IMG/VR virus record: IMGVR_UViG_3300010355_001758
Location: 54,428 to 118,427 of that record
Reading direction: 5' to 3' (one strand)
From: a virus
DNA: 64,000 nucleotides
Shown here in pieces: positions 28,454-37,957 of this stretch (positions are counted from its first letter, which is position 1; each line of letters opens with the position of its first letter). The notes beneath the pieces were generated by a model, which saw nothing but the letters and a program-made list of their open reading frames with translations, was not told the DNA's origin and ran no database searches. The translations under genes and the position numbers were made by a program.

Positions 28454-29228
28454 CGACGCCGCTCCCGGCTGTTGGGGCCGGTTCCGTGGAGACGATACCT
28501 GTGCCGCGTGCGTGTGGCGGCCGCGATGCCGGAGGTTCACCGCCGCCGTGAAACGGCGTTCCACCGTCCGCGAGGCGCTGGAAGCGGCCGCTGCGGATAC
28601 CGCCACCGTCTCCCGACGCGACTTCCCGCACGCCGCCTACCGGCTGTGGCGCCAGGCCGGCGGCGTGCCCCGCCCAGCGTGGACCCGGTCCCGCGCCCAC
28701 CTCGACGCGCTCGAGGTCGTTTACGCCGCCTGTACGGCCCAGCGCGCCGATCCTCTCCTGTACGTCCAGGCGCAGGTGGAGACGGTGGGGTTCCACGCCA
28801 TCCAGGCCGGGAGGAGGCTGCAGGCCGGCGCGCTGCGCGGGCCTAACGCCGACGAGAGGTTTGCCAGGTGGATGGCCCGGAAGAACGGGAAGCGCGCCTC
28901 GCTGACGCGGAACCGGTCCGACGAGGCGGAGAGGGAGCGCCGGGAGGCCGCCGCCTCCGCCTTCGGCGTCGCCTACCTCGCCGACGGTGCCGACCTGCGT
29001 GCCGCTGCCGAGGCGTCCGGCGTGGTTCTGGAGAACCTCTCGCCCAGGGAGCGTCTGACGGCCCTCGCCGCAGGCATGGATGCGCTGGTGCCCAACATGA
29101 GCAGCCGTGTCCTGGTGCCCGACCGGTGGACGTTCCCGGAGGCGCGGAGGTTCGTCCGAGAGGTCGCCGAGGCCGCAGACCGGGCCGTTGCGCCGGTGGG
29201 GGACGGCTCGTTAGGATCCTTCATATGA
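28377..29228 (+). CDS. Hypothetical protein with N-terminal Cys cluster (start uncertain)
   Basis: CWG...CAACVWRPRC; lies between two helicases; ATGA-coupled to the next gene. Confidence 0.5.
   Translation: MPPTGTKGSRSVMSMTSSRSPASSCDDAAPGCWGRFRGDDTCAACVWRPRCRRFTAAVKRRSTVREALEAAAADTATVSRRDFPHAAYRLWRQAGGVPRPAWTRSRAHLDALEVVYAACTAQRADPLLYVQAQVETVGFHAIQAGRRLQAGALRGPNADERFARWMARKNGKRASLTRNRSDEAERERREAAASAFGVAYLADGADLRAAAEASGVVLENLSPRERLTALAAGMDALVPNMSSRVLVPDRWTFPEARRFVREVAEAADRAVAPVGDGSLGSFI
28548..28564. repeat. 17-bp motif variant
   Basis: GTGAAACGGCGTTCCAC, intragenic. Confidence 0.8.
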
Positions 29229-30640
29229 CCGACCAGATCGACCTGTCCCTGCCCCTCCAGAAGCACATCCTTGCGGCCCTGCTCAAGGTGCCCGGCCTGA
29301 TGGCGCGCGTGCGCCCGGCGGTGAACCCCGACCACTTCCCCGACAACGGCGTGTCCGACGTGTTGGCGTGGACGCTGCACCACTGGGACGAGCACGCCCA
29401 GCTGCCCAGCAAGGCCTCGCTGCTGGACGTGTTCAAGTCCGACGAGGATGCGCAGGAGGTCGTCAAGCGCGCCTTCAAGGCCGAGGTGCCCGACTCCGAG
29501 CACATCGAGTCCCGCATCCGCGGGTACGCCAAGCACCGGGCCCTCAGGTTGGCCATCGCCGAAGCCGCTCGCGCCGTCGCCGCGCACGGCAAGGGAGAGG
29601 TGCTCAAGGACGACCGCAATAGGCCGCTATATACGGACGTGGATGCGTACATCCGGAAGATGGTCGAGCAGGCCATGTCGGCAGGCGGTGAACACGCATC
29701 GCTGGGCGAGTTCCTCGACGAGACGCTGGAGAAGGGCATCAAGGAGGTCCTGCACCCGCAGCAGAGGGAGCTGTTCTACACCGGCATCGCGCACCTGGAC
29801 GAGGCCGGGGTGTGCCTGGAGCGCGGCGAGGTCGGCTGTGTCCTGGGGGTGGCTAAGGGAGGGAAGTCCCAGGTCCTCCTGAATATCGCCCTGGCCCAGC
29901 TGCGGCAGGGGCACGACGTGGTCCTGTACAACCTCGAGATGCGCGAGGACCGCCAGCGGCAGAGGTGGTATCGGCGCATCGCCGGGCCGAAGGGCGACGT
30001 CAAGACCGACCCCGAGGCGTTCGTGAAGCTCCTCAAGGATCGTTTCCCGCGCTTCGTGAAGGGTCGCCTGCTGGTGAAGCGCGCCATCGCGAAGACCTTC
30101 TCCCCCGCCGACATCCGGGCCCACCTGCACGCGTGCCGGGAGCAGGGGTTCAACCCCGCGGTGTGCATCGTCGATTACGTCGGCATCCTCAAGCCCGAGA
30201 AGGTCTACGACGAGATGCGGTTCAACCTGGCCAGCCTGTGGCTCGACTTCCGTGCCATCTGCCAGGAGTTCGACATGGCCGGGTGGTCCGCGGCGCAGGT
30301 GAACCGCGGCGGCGCCGGGGTGGAGCTGGTGACGATGCGCGACATCGCCGAGTCGTTCGAGGTGGTGCAACATATCGATGTCGGGTTCTCGATCAGCATG
30401 ACGCAGCAGGAGCGTGAGGCCAACCAGGGGCGGTTCTTCGTGTTCGCGTCGCGCAATGATAGGGACGGGACGATCATCGACTTCACGCACGACTTCAGCC
30501 GCAGCCTGATCAAGTCCGTCGGGGTGCATCAGCCCACCAGCGAGAAGCGCAGCCGCGGGACCCGGCCCTCGTCCGGCGAGGAGGCGGTCGAGGCCGTCAT
30601 GACCGAGGACCGGGAGAGGAAGGCCAAGCGTGGATCCTGA
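29225..30640 (+). CDS. Replicative DnaB-like (SF4) helicase
   Basis: Walker A GVAKGGKS, YNLEM, IVDYV, SAAQVNR, DIAESF. Confidence 0.9.
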   Translation: MTDQIDLSLPLQKHILAALLKVPGLMARVRPAVNPDHFPDNGVSDVLAWTLHHWDEHAQLPSKASLLDVFKSDEDAQEVVKRAFKAEVPDSEHIESRIRGYAKHRALRLAIAEAARAVAAHGKGEVLKDDRNRPLYTDVDAYIRKMVEQAMSAGGEHASLGEFLDETLEKGIKEVLHPQQRELFYTGIAHLDEAGVCLERGEVGCVLGVAKGGKSQVLLNIALAQLRQGHDVVLYNLEMREDRQRQRWYRRIAGPKGDVKTDPEAFVKLLKDRFPRFVKGRLLVKRAIAKTFSPADIRAHLHACREQGFNPAVCIVDYVGILKPEKVYDEMRFNLASLWLDFRAICQEFDMAGWSAAQVNRGGAGVELVTMRDIAESFEVVQHIDVGFSISMTQQEREANQGRFFVFASRNDRDGTIIDFTHDFSRSLIKSVGVHQPTSEKRSRGTRPSSGEEAVEAVMTEDRERKAKRGS

Positions 30641-31625
30641 CCGCGTCCGGCAGCTGCTGGAGCCTACGCTGGGCATCCCCGACGAGATGCGCCCCGGCGG
30701 GGACCACGATTACCCGTGCCCGTTCTGCGTGAAGTCCGGGCGGGCGCGGATCAGCCACCTGCACGTCAACTACAGCAAGGGGAAGGCGCTCTGCCACGGG
30801 TGCGGGGCGAAGTTCGCCAGCCTCAGGTCGCTGATCCTCGCCCTGCTGGGCCGCATCCCTAAGTCGCTGCGCGTGGAGGACGGCGGGGCCGAGTTCGAGA
30901 CCTACGTGGAGGCGTTGCTGTTCGGCAAAGGCGAGGATCGTGAAACGGCGGTCCACCGGCCCGCGCTGCCCGAGGGGTTCGTGCCGCTCGTCCCGAAGCC
31001 CGGGGACCGCGCCGGCCGCATCACCGCCCGCTACCTGTGCGAGGAGCGCAAGGTCCCGTTCGCGCGCCTGGCCGAGGTGGGCGCCGGGTACTGCACCGAT
31101 GGCGCCATGCGCGGGTACGCGATATTCCCCGTGCACATCGGCGGACGGCTGGTCACCTACACCAGCCGCAGGGTGCCGACGCTGCGCCTGGGCGGCCCCA
31201 AGGCGAAGCACGGCAGGTTCGGGCGGTCGGCGTCGATGGCGCTGTTCAACTACGACAACTGTGAGGGCGTGCGTCGGCTGTTCCTCGGCGAGGGGCCGTT
31301 CGACGCCTGGGCGTTCCATCGCAGGTTGCGCCCAGACGACTGCGGGGTGTCGGCGCTGGGGACCGTGCTGCATCGCAGGCACATCCGCCTGATCGAGGCG
31401 CTGGATCCCGAGGAGGTCGTCGTGTGCTTCGACCCCGACGCCACCGACAAGGCCGTGAAGGCCGCCGAGACGCTGTCCTCCGTCGGGCTGCGCGCGAGCT
31501 ACATGGAGGTCTCCGCCGATCCGGACGAGTTGGACGAGCAGTTGCTCCGCGACTGCGTGCGGTACCGTCAGGTTGCAGACCCCGAGCTTGGCGCCGTACA
31601 TTCCTGGGGAACCAACCGAGGATAG
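30630..31625 (+). CDS. DNA primase (Zn finger + TOPRIM)
   Basis: CPFC...CHGC zinc finger; EGPFDA; FDPDA DxD motif. Confidence 0.85.
   Translation: MDPDRVRQLLEPTLGIPDEMRPGGDHDYPCPFCVKSGRARISHLHVNYSKGKALCHGCGAKFASLRSLILALLGRIPKSLRVEDGGAEFETYVEALLFGKGEDRETAVHRPALPEGFVPLVPKPGDRAGRITARYLCEERKVPFARLAEVGAGYCTDGAMRGYAIFPVHIGGRLVTYTSRRVPTLRLGGPKAKHGRFGRSASMALFNYDNCEGVRRLFLGEGPFDAWAFHRRLRPDDCGVSALGTVLHRRHIRLIEALDPEEVVVCFDPDATDKAVKAAETLSSVGLRASYMEVSADPDELDEQLLRDCVRYRQVADPELGAVHSWGTNRG
30940..30956. repeat. 17-bp motif variant (reverse orientation)
   Basis: GTGAAACGGCGGTCCAC, intragenic. Confidence 0.75.
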
Positions 31626-31629
31626 AACC

Positions 31630-32724
31630 ATGCCGCGTTATTTCGCACCCCCTCCCGTGTCGTCCTCCGACGATGCCCCGTTGTTCGAGTATGCGACACC
31701 TAGCGTCGCCGTACTCGATCGGCAGCCCATCGACGCCGTGCTCGCCGAGGCGCGGCGTCGCACCGACAACGCCGAGGTGATCCCTGTCAACCGGCTGAGC
31801 ATCAGCGACGACGGGGTGCTGGACAACGGCATGGCCTTCACCGAGGACGGGTTCAGCCGTTTCGCCAAGGTCATCGGCGTGCCCAAGGGGTTCGTCGACC
31901 GCATGTGCCGGACCGGCGGGCGCCGCACGATCATGGACGCCGTCCGCCACACCATGGCCAGCGCCGATGATGACGTGTTCGTCACCGCGATGGACGCCGT
32001 GGTCGAGGGTGCCGGGTCCGACGAGCACGCGAGGATCAGCAACATCGATGCCGCCGAGCTGCTGCTGGAGGCGGCCAGGGAGAAGTCCGGGCAGCTGGGT
32101 GAGCTCCGCGTCGCGCGGGCCGCGTTCTCCGGTACGCGCATGCACCTGTCCGTGACCGCCGAGGCGCCCGACCACCTGCAGATCCCCGGCGACAAGATCC
32201 GCGCCGGCGTCGAGATGAACAACGGCTCCGACGGCAGCTATTACACCGACCTGGAGGGGTTCCTCTACCGCCTGATCTGCGCCAACGGGGCCATCGCCAA
32301 GGTCAACTATGGCGAGGGCCGCGAGCGCGTGCGCGGATCCGGCCGTAAGGCGCTGACCGACCTGGCCGATCGCGTCGAGGGGGCCATCGGGTCGTCGCTG
32401 ACGCTGTTGGCCAAGGTGCTGCCGTCCGTGCAGATCAACCTCGATCGCACCGCCGGGCACGACCTGTTCCTGCGCGGCATGGAGAAGTTCGGGCGCTCCT
32501 TCGCCGAAGACGTCAGCAAGATGGCTGACGTCGAGGCCGGCAAGTGGAAGCGCCAGGATCCCACCGCGTACGACTGGTGGAACGCTGTCACCGCCCGCGC
32601 CAAGCAGGCGCCGTCCTTCACCCGCCGTCGCGCCATCGAGATGTACTCGGCCGACGTGTTGGACTGGGCCGACCGCCGGTACCAGAAGCTCCTCCTCAAG
32701 GCCAAGGCAGACGGCCCCAACTGA
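31630..32724 (+). CDS. DUF932-like protein
   Basis: GVEMNNGSDG...FLYRLICANG and TAYDWWNAVT resemble the DUF932 family. Confidence 0.6.
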   Translation: MPRYFAPPPVSSSDDAPLFEYATPSVAVLDRQPIDAVLAEARRRTDNAEVIPVNRLSISDDGVLDNGMAFTEDGFSRFAKVIGVPKGFVDRMCRTGGRRTIMDAVRHTMASADDDVFVTAMDAVVEGAGSDEHARISNIDAAELLLEAAREKSGQLGELRVARAAFSGTRMHLSVTAEAPDHLQIPGDKIRAGVEMNNGSDGSYYTDLEGFLYRLICANGAIAKVNYGEGRERVRGSGRKALTDLADRVEGAIGSSLTLLAKVLPSVQINLDRTAGHDLFLRGMEKFGRSFAEDVSKMADVEAGKWKRQDPTAYDWWNAVTARAKQAPSFTRRRAIEMYSADVLDWADRRYQKLLLKAKADGPN

Positions 32725-33263
32725 TGCACCCCAGTTGCTATGGGCGCTACAGCGCGCACCCCTCCCAGCCGTGCGGGGGGTGCGCGCTGCGGGGACCCTG
32801 CTCCTCCCGCGTGGGCGACGTCTGCGAGGGCTTCGCCGTCCTGCACCACCCGAGGTACGCCGCGCCGGCGTCGCTGGTGCGCGTCGTGGCCGCGACCGTG
32901 GCCGATCCCGCCCCGTTCGTCGCCCGCCTGAGCGCCGCCGGGTTGGCGCGCCGGGGTCAGTGGTGGACGTCCCGACGGCTGCCGGTGGCGCGCCTGGCGC
33001 TGTGCGCCCCGTCGCGCGTCGAGGTGGCCTTCGCCGACCTGTCGGTCGCGTCCGTGGCCAGCCTGCGCGAGGCCGCGGCGGCCGACGTCTTCCCGACGTA
33101 CGACACCGCCCCCCGCCGGAAGGCCGCCAACATCACCCCCGCCCAGGCCCGCGCCCGCAGGGCCGAGGCGTGCGGCTGCGTAGCGGTTCTGGAGAACCTC
33201 GACGTCGCTGCAGCCCTTGTGGTGGGGGCCGCCGCCACCTGCTATGGTGAGGCATGCCCATGA
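32724..33263 (+). CDS. Hypothetical protein with N-terminal Cys cluster
   Basis: CYG...CGGCALRGPC; TGATG-coupled. Confidence 0.5.
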   Translation: MHPSCYGRYSAHPSQPCGGCALRGPCSSRVGDVCEGFAVLHHPRYAAPASLVRVVAATVADPAPFVARLSAAGLARRGQWWTSRRLPVARLALCAPSRVEVAFADLSVASVASLREAAAADVFPTYDTAPRRKAANITPAQARARRAEACGCVAVLENLDVAAALVVGAAATCYGEACP

Positions 33264-36200
33264 GTGAACCGCCGTTCCACCCCGAGGTCGCCTCCGGCGA
33301 CGTCGTACCCCTCAACGCCTGCGAGCGGCTCCGGGTGCCGCCCGGCAAGGCCTTCGGCTGCCAGTCCTGCCCGCTGTTCCAGTACGCCAAGTGCTTCACC
33401 GACCAGGATCGGGCGTCGTACCAGGCGTCTCTGTCCAAGGACAGTCCCGCGTGGCTCGAGAAGGCGGTCGAGCAGGCCGCCGCTGTCGTAGCCTCCCTCG
33501 CCGAGGGCGGGGACGCGAAGGCCGGGGCGCTGGCCGAGGCCGAGGAGACGCTGGACGACCTGCGCTCCCGGCTGAAGGCGTCGGCCGAGGAGTGGCCGAA
33601 GCTGCAGAACCGGTTGTACATGGCCGACGGGCTGGGGCCGAAGGATGCCGATGTGCTCGCCGTGTTCGAGAGCCCGACCGGTCCCGAGGACCGCGCCAAG
33701 AAGTCCTTCGAGGGAGGCGCCGCCCGCCTGGTGCGCAAGCGTATGGCCGAGGCCGGCCTGAACCCCGACCGCATCCGGTTCACCTACCTCGTCCGGTGCC
33801 GTCCGCCCGGAGAGGCCGACTGGCGTGCCGCAGCCCGCTGCCAGAGGTTCCTGTCCGAGGAGGTGCGCAGCATCCAGCCGCGCGTCATCGTGACGTTTGG
33901 AGCCCTGGCCACCGCCGCCGTCCTGGGGAAGCCGGACGTCTCCATCCAGCACTATGCGACCGTCGCCCAGCGGGCGGTCGTAGCCGGCAGGGAGGTCGAC
34001 GTCTTCCCGATGCTGGCCCCTGGGTTCATCCTGCGCAACGACTGGATGGCCCCGAAGTACGCCAAGCACTTCGACGCCCTAGCCGGGTTCGTGAAGGGGC
34101 GCGCCGAGGTGCTGGTCGACGGGTCGCAGTACGAGATCGTGGATGATCCCGATCGCGCCATCGAGGTGTGCCGGTACCTGCTGGAGCTGGCCCGCTCCGG
34201 GAAGGTCGTGGACGCCGACACGGAGACCAGCGGGCTCAACCCGTACAAGCTGGGTATGCGGCTGTCGGTGATCAGCCTGGCCGTCGGGGCGAAGCACGGG
34301 TACGCGATCATGTTCGGGCACGACGAGGTGCCGTGGACCGACGACGATCGCCTCCGCGTGGTCGTGGAGGGGTTGAAGCCGCTGTTCACCGACCCCGCGG
34401 TCAAGCTGCGGTGGCACAACGGGAAGTTCGACGTCAAGTGGATCAAGGCGCAGCTGGGGTTCTGGCCGCGGGACCAGTGGGAGGACACGATGCTCGCCCA
34501 CTACGCCGTGGACGAGAACATCGAGCACGGCCTCAAGCCGCTGTCGCTCATGTACACCGACATGGGGGACTACGACGAGGAGCTCGACCGGTACCTGGCC
34601 GTGCAGGATTGCCCCGACCGCCCGCGGTACGACCTCGTGCCGAAGGCGCTGCTGGGCAAGTACGCGGCCATGGACGCCGTGGCGACGTGTAAGCTGGCGC
34701 GCGCCATCCGGAAGGACGCGGAGCGGCAGGACGAGCACGTCCAGGCGCTGGCCTACCGGGTCATGCCGGCCATCTCCGCCATGGGTGCCCGCCTGGAGCA
34801 CGCCGGGGTGGCTATCGACCTGCCCTACGCCCGCGACGTGGCCATGCCCCACCTGCGCCGGGAGGAGGAGAAGTCGCTGGCGGCCATCCTGTCCGACCCC
34901 GTCGTGCGGCGCTTCATCCGCGACAAGGAGGAGGGGAAGCGGGCGAAGATGAAGAAGCCGAAGCCGATCGAGGTGAAGCGGTACTTCACCTTCAGTCTCG
35001 ATTCACCCAAGCAGATGCAGGAGCTGCTGTACGGGGAGCGGTATTACAACCACGAGGTGCTGGTGCTGTCCGAGTCCGGCGCGCCGAGCACCGACAAGGA
35101 GGCGATGACCGAGCTGGTCAAGGCCGGTTCCCCGATCGCCAAGGCGCTGCAGGAGTACCGCCTCGACCAGAAGCTGCGCGCCACCTACTGTGAACCGGTG
35201 GTTCAGAAGTGCGTCGACCAGGGCGACAACACCCTGCACGTGAACCTCCTGATCCACGGTACGGTGACCGGGCGCGCCTCTACGCGGGACCCCAACCTGC
35301 AGTCCACCCCGAACAAGGGCGCGTCCGTGATCAAGCGCATGTTCGTGTCGCGGTACGGCGAGGAGGGGTGCATCGTCCAGTTCGACTACAGTCAGATCGA
35401 GCTCAGGGTCCTCGCCGCCATCTCCGGCGACCCGAGCATGATCGACGCATACGCCAAGGGCGAGGACCTGCACACCCTGGCCGCGTGCATGATCTTCGGG
35501 ACCACGGTGGAGGAGCACAAGGCGCTGCCCAAGGACGAGCAGAAGCGGCGCCGCACCGTGGCCAAGCGCATCAACTTCGGTATCGCGTACGGCATCGGCG
35601 CGCCCGGCATCCAGCACTCGCTGAAGGCCGACGGCGTCAGTGTGACCGTGGACGAGGCCAAGGGGTTCCTCGACGTGTTCTACCGCAAGTTCCCGCGCGT
35701 GGCGCGGTGGATCGAGAAGGTCGAGGCCTCGACCGAGGACGACTTCTACAGCCGCAGCCTGTTCGGCCGCCGGCGGCGCGTGGAGCAGATCCGGTCCTTC
35801 GACAAGGACGTGAAGTCCTCCGCCAAGCGCCAGGCCGTGAACCACGTCATCCAGTCCACAGCCGCCGACTTCACGTGGACGTCCATGGTGCTGATGGACC
35901 AGGAGATCGCCCTGCGCAGCGGCAAGAAGCGCGAGCTCATCCTGCCCACCATCGACCACCGTGACTTCCCGGTGGATAAGCGGTGGCGGGATGTGCACCT
36001 CGTGCTCCAGGTGCACGACTCCATCCTCGCCGACTGCCCGCTGAGCATGGCCGGGGAGGTGGTCGACATGTTCCACCGGACCATGCCGCACGTGACCACC
36101 CTGGCCCCGCTGGTGTGGGGGCCGCAGGTGTCGCAGCTGCTGAAGCCCATGCGTAAGGTGGCGCCGGAGGTCGACGGCGAGGTCGGGACCAGCTGGCGCG

Positions 36201-36349
36201 ATGCGTACAAGGTGAAGTCCGGCGCCGACGTCCCGCTGGCCATGCACGTCGCCCGGACCAAGCGCCGGGCGCTGGATGCCGACCCGACGTACAAGTGGGG
36301 CGCGGAGGACGACGCCAAGGCCGTCGCCGCCTTCAAGGGGGCCGCGTGA
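33254..36349 (+). CDS. polA: Family A DNA polymerase with N-terminal uracil-DNA-glycosylase-like domain and 3'-5' exonuclease
   Basis: UDG4-like VRCRPP; Exo motifs DTET, HNGKFD, YAAMD; Pol motifs DYSQIELR, KRINFGIAYG, QVHD. Confidence 0.92.
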   Translation: MPMSEPPFHPEVASGDVVPLNACERLRVPPGKAFGCQSCPLFQYAKCFTDQDRASYQASLSKDSPAWLEKAVEQAAAVVASLAEGGDAKAGALAEAEETLDDLRSRLKASAEEWPKLQNRLYMADGLGPKDADVLAVFESPTGPEDRAKKSFEGGAARLVRKRMAEAGLNPDRIRFTYLVRCRPPGEADWRAAARCQRFLSEEVRSIQPRVIVTFGALATAAVLGKPDVSIQHYATVAQRAVVAGREVDVFPMLAPGFILRNDWMAPKYAKHFDALAGFVKGRAEVLVDGSQYEIVDDPDRAIEVCRYLLELARSGKVVDADTETSGLNPYKLGMRLSVISLAVGAKHGYAIMFGHDEVPWTDDDRLRVVVEGLKPLFTDPAVKLRWHNGKFDVKWIKAQLGFWPRDQWEDTMLAHYAVDENIEHGLKPLSLMYTDMGDYDEELDRYLAVQDCPDRPRYDLVPKALLGKYAAMDAVATCKLARAIRKDAERQDEHVQALAYRVMPAISAMGARLEHAGVAIDLPYARDVAMPHLRREEEKSLAAILSDPVVRRFIRDKEEGKRAKMKKPKPIEVKRYFTFSLDSPKQMQELLYGERYYNHEVLVLSESGAPSTDKEAMTELVKAGSPIAKALQEYRLDQKLRATYCEPVVQKCVDQGDNTLHVNLLIHGTVTGRASTRDPNLQSTPNKGASVIKRMFVSRYGEEGCIVQFDYSQIELRVLAAISGDPSMIDAYAKGEDLHTLAACMIFGTTVEEHKALPKDEQKRRRTVAKRINFGIAYGIGAPGIQHSLKADGVSVTVDEAKGFLDVFYRKFPRVARWIEKVEASTEDDFYSRSLFGRRRRVEQIRSFDKDVKSSAKRQAVNHVIQSTAADFTWTSMVLMDQEIALRSGKKRELILPTIDHRDFPVDKRWRDVHLVLQVHDSILADCPLSMAGEVVDMFHRTMPHVTTLAPLVWGPQVSQLLKPMRKVAPEVDGEVGTSWRDAYKVKSGADVPLAMHVARTKRRALDADPTYKWGAEDDAKAVAAFKGAA
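33264..33280 (+). repeat. 17-bp motif variant
   Basis: GTGAACCGCCGTTCCAC in the first codons of polA (SEPPFH). Confidence 0.85.
35190..35206. repeat. 17-bp motif degenerate variant
   Basis: GTGAACCGGTGGTTCAG inside polA, using codons rare for this genome. Confidence 0.55.
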
Positions 36350-36921
36350 CCCCGCAGGAGTACATCGAGGCCCGCCTGGGCAGCTCGACCGTCGTCCTCG
36401 AAGGGAAGAACGTCGACCTCGCCGACGAGGTGGCGCTGCCCGCCGACGATGCCATCGAGGACCAGCTCCGCGAGCACCCCGCCAGGGCGGCCGTGTGGCG
36501 CCGCATCCGCGCCCGGGCGGTGCGGGCCAAGTCCAAGCTGCTGGACGAGCTCAAGGAGCTGGAGTCGGTCAAGTTCCTCCACTACTACCGGGCCAACGAG
36601 GAGCAGGAGCGCCAGGAGTGGGCCCGGTTCCACGGCGACGAGGACGGGGAGCGCGACGCCTTCGGTCGCCGCCAGGCGGCCCGCGAGCGCATCGCCAGGG
36701 GGGACCGTTCGGGCCCATCCCGGTGGCGCCGCAACTTCAGCGACGATCTGGTATGGGCTTACGTCAGATCGGACGACGAGGTTCTGGAGAAACGCAAGGC
36801 GCTGAGGGCGGCCGCCGCACAGGTCGAGCTGTCCGAAGTGCTCTGCGAAGCCATGGACCACCGAGCCAGGTGCCTGTCCCACCTGGCCGCCCTCCACCGG
36901 GACCTTGGCAAGGGTGCATAG
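36346..36921 (+). CDS. Putative recombination mediator (UvsY-like)
   Basis: Helical protein between polymerase and SSB/RecA; call rests mainly on position. Confidence 0.4.
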   Translation: MTPQEYIEARLGSSTVVLEGKNVDLADEVALPADDAIEDQLREHPARAAVWRRIRARAVRAKSKLLDELKELESVKFLHYYRANEEQERQEWARFHGDEDGERDAFGRRQAARERIARGDRSGPSRWRRNFSDDLVWAYVRSDDEVLEKRKALRAAAAQVELSEVLCEAMDHRARCLSHLAALHRDLGKGA

Positions 36922-36959
36922 GTCCCGCTAAGATTCACCCCACAAGGAGATCAGCCAAC

Positions 36960-37877
36960 ATGGCCCAGATCAGCGCAGAGCGCCGCGAGCGCATGAACCG
37001 CGAGAAGCAGCAGAACGCCAGCGGAGGCGGGAACTACTTTTCGTTCAAGAACCTCACCAAGGCCCGGATCCGCCTGGCGCCGCTCTCCCCCGACGAAAAC
37101 ATCGGGACGAAGATCGTCTACTACTTCATCAACAACAAGTCCTACCTCTGCAACGAGCAGACCAACGGCAAGCCCGGGGCGATCGGGGCTACCATCCGCG
37201 CCCTGCAGAAGCTTGGCACCGAGGAGGCCAGCGAGCTGGTCGAGGCCTTCACCAGCCAGCGGAAGTTCCGCTACCTGATGAAGATCATCGACCGCTCCGA
37301 GCCCGAGCGCGTCATCTGGGCCGAGACGCCCAAGGCGATCTATGACGTCATCTTCAAGGCCTACGACGAGGACGGAGAGGACCTGTCCGACCCCAAGGAG
37401 GGGCGCGACATCCGCATCAGCAAGACCGGCAGCGGCCTGAATACCGAGTACAGCGCCCGCATCCTCGACCAGAGCCTCCTGCACGACGAGAAGGAGAAGC
37501 GCATCGCCCTGCGCGAGGCGGCTGCCGCCATGCGCGTGGTCGACGAGTGCCGTACCGACGAGGCCAAGACGCTGGAGGCCATCAAGGGCGTCATCCCGAA
37601 GCCCATCTGGAGCAAGATCTCGGCCGAGGTGCTCAAGAGCGTGCCCGGGCTCGGCGATGACGATGACGATGACGATGACGACGATGACGACGATGCGCCC
37701 AAGGCGAAGGCGAAGCCCGCCAGCGACGACGACGACGACGACGATGACGATGATGCCCCGCCCGCGAAGCCCGCAGGCAAGAAGGCACCCGTCGCTGACG
37801 ACGACGATGACGAGGCCCCGCCCGCGCCGAAGGCCGGGGGGAAGAAGAAGTACCAGGTCGACGACGACGACGCCTGA
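36960..37877 (+). CDS. Single-stranded DNA-binding protein (gp32-like) with acidic tail
   Basis: DLSDPKEGRDIRISKTGSGLNTEY motif; poly-Asp C-terminus; AAGGAG RBS. Confidence 0.75.
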   Translation: MAQISAERRERMNREKQQNASGGGNYFSFKNLTKARIRLAPLSPDENIGTKIVYYFINNKSYLCNEQTNGKPGAIGATIRALQKLGTEEASELVEAFTSQRKFRYLMKIIDRSEPERVIWAETPKAIYDVIFKAYDEDGEDLSDPKEGRDIRISKTGSGLNTEYSARILDQSLLHDEKEKRIALREAAAAMRVVDECRTDEAKTLEAIKGVIPKPIWSKISAEVLKSVPGLGDDDDDDDDDDDDDAPKAKAKPASDDDDDDDDDDAPPAKPAGKKAPVADDDDDEAPPAPKAGGKKKYQVDDDDA

Positions 37878-37896
37878 CGTATAGGCGCCCCACATC

Positions 37897-37935
37897 GGCC
37901 CGTACGCGTGAACCGGCGGTCCACGCGTACGGGCC
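37897..37935. repeat. 17-bp motif variant inside a 14-bp-arm inverted repeat
   Basis: GGCCCGTACGCGTG-AACCGGCGGTC-CACGCGTACGGGCC between SSB and RecA. Confidence 0.9.
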
Positions 37936-37957
37936 CCCTCTCGTTCTAGGATCCACC

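Noticed and set aside
27156..33280. Motif as a Gram-positive LexA box (GAAC-N4-GTTC)
   Set aside because: Only a few variants fit. Most read GTTT, and the extended palindromes show a 17-bp axis centred on one base, not the even LexA symmetry. Not fully excluded.
33254..36349. Z-genome (DpoZ/PurZ) system, or intein/intron in polA or terL
   Set aside because: No purZ-like gene seen; reading frames are continuous with no intein or homing-endonuclease motifs.
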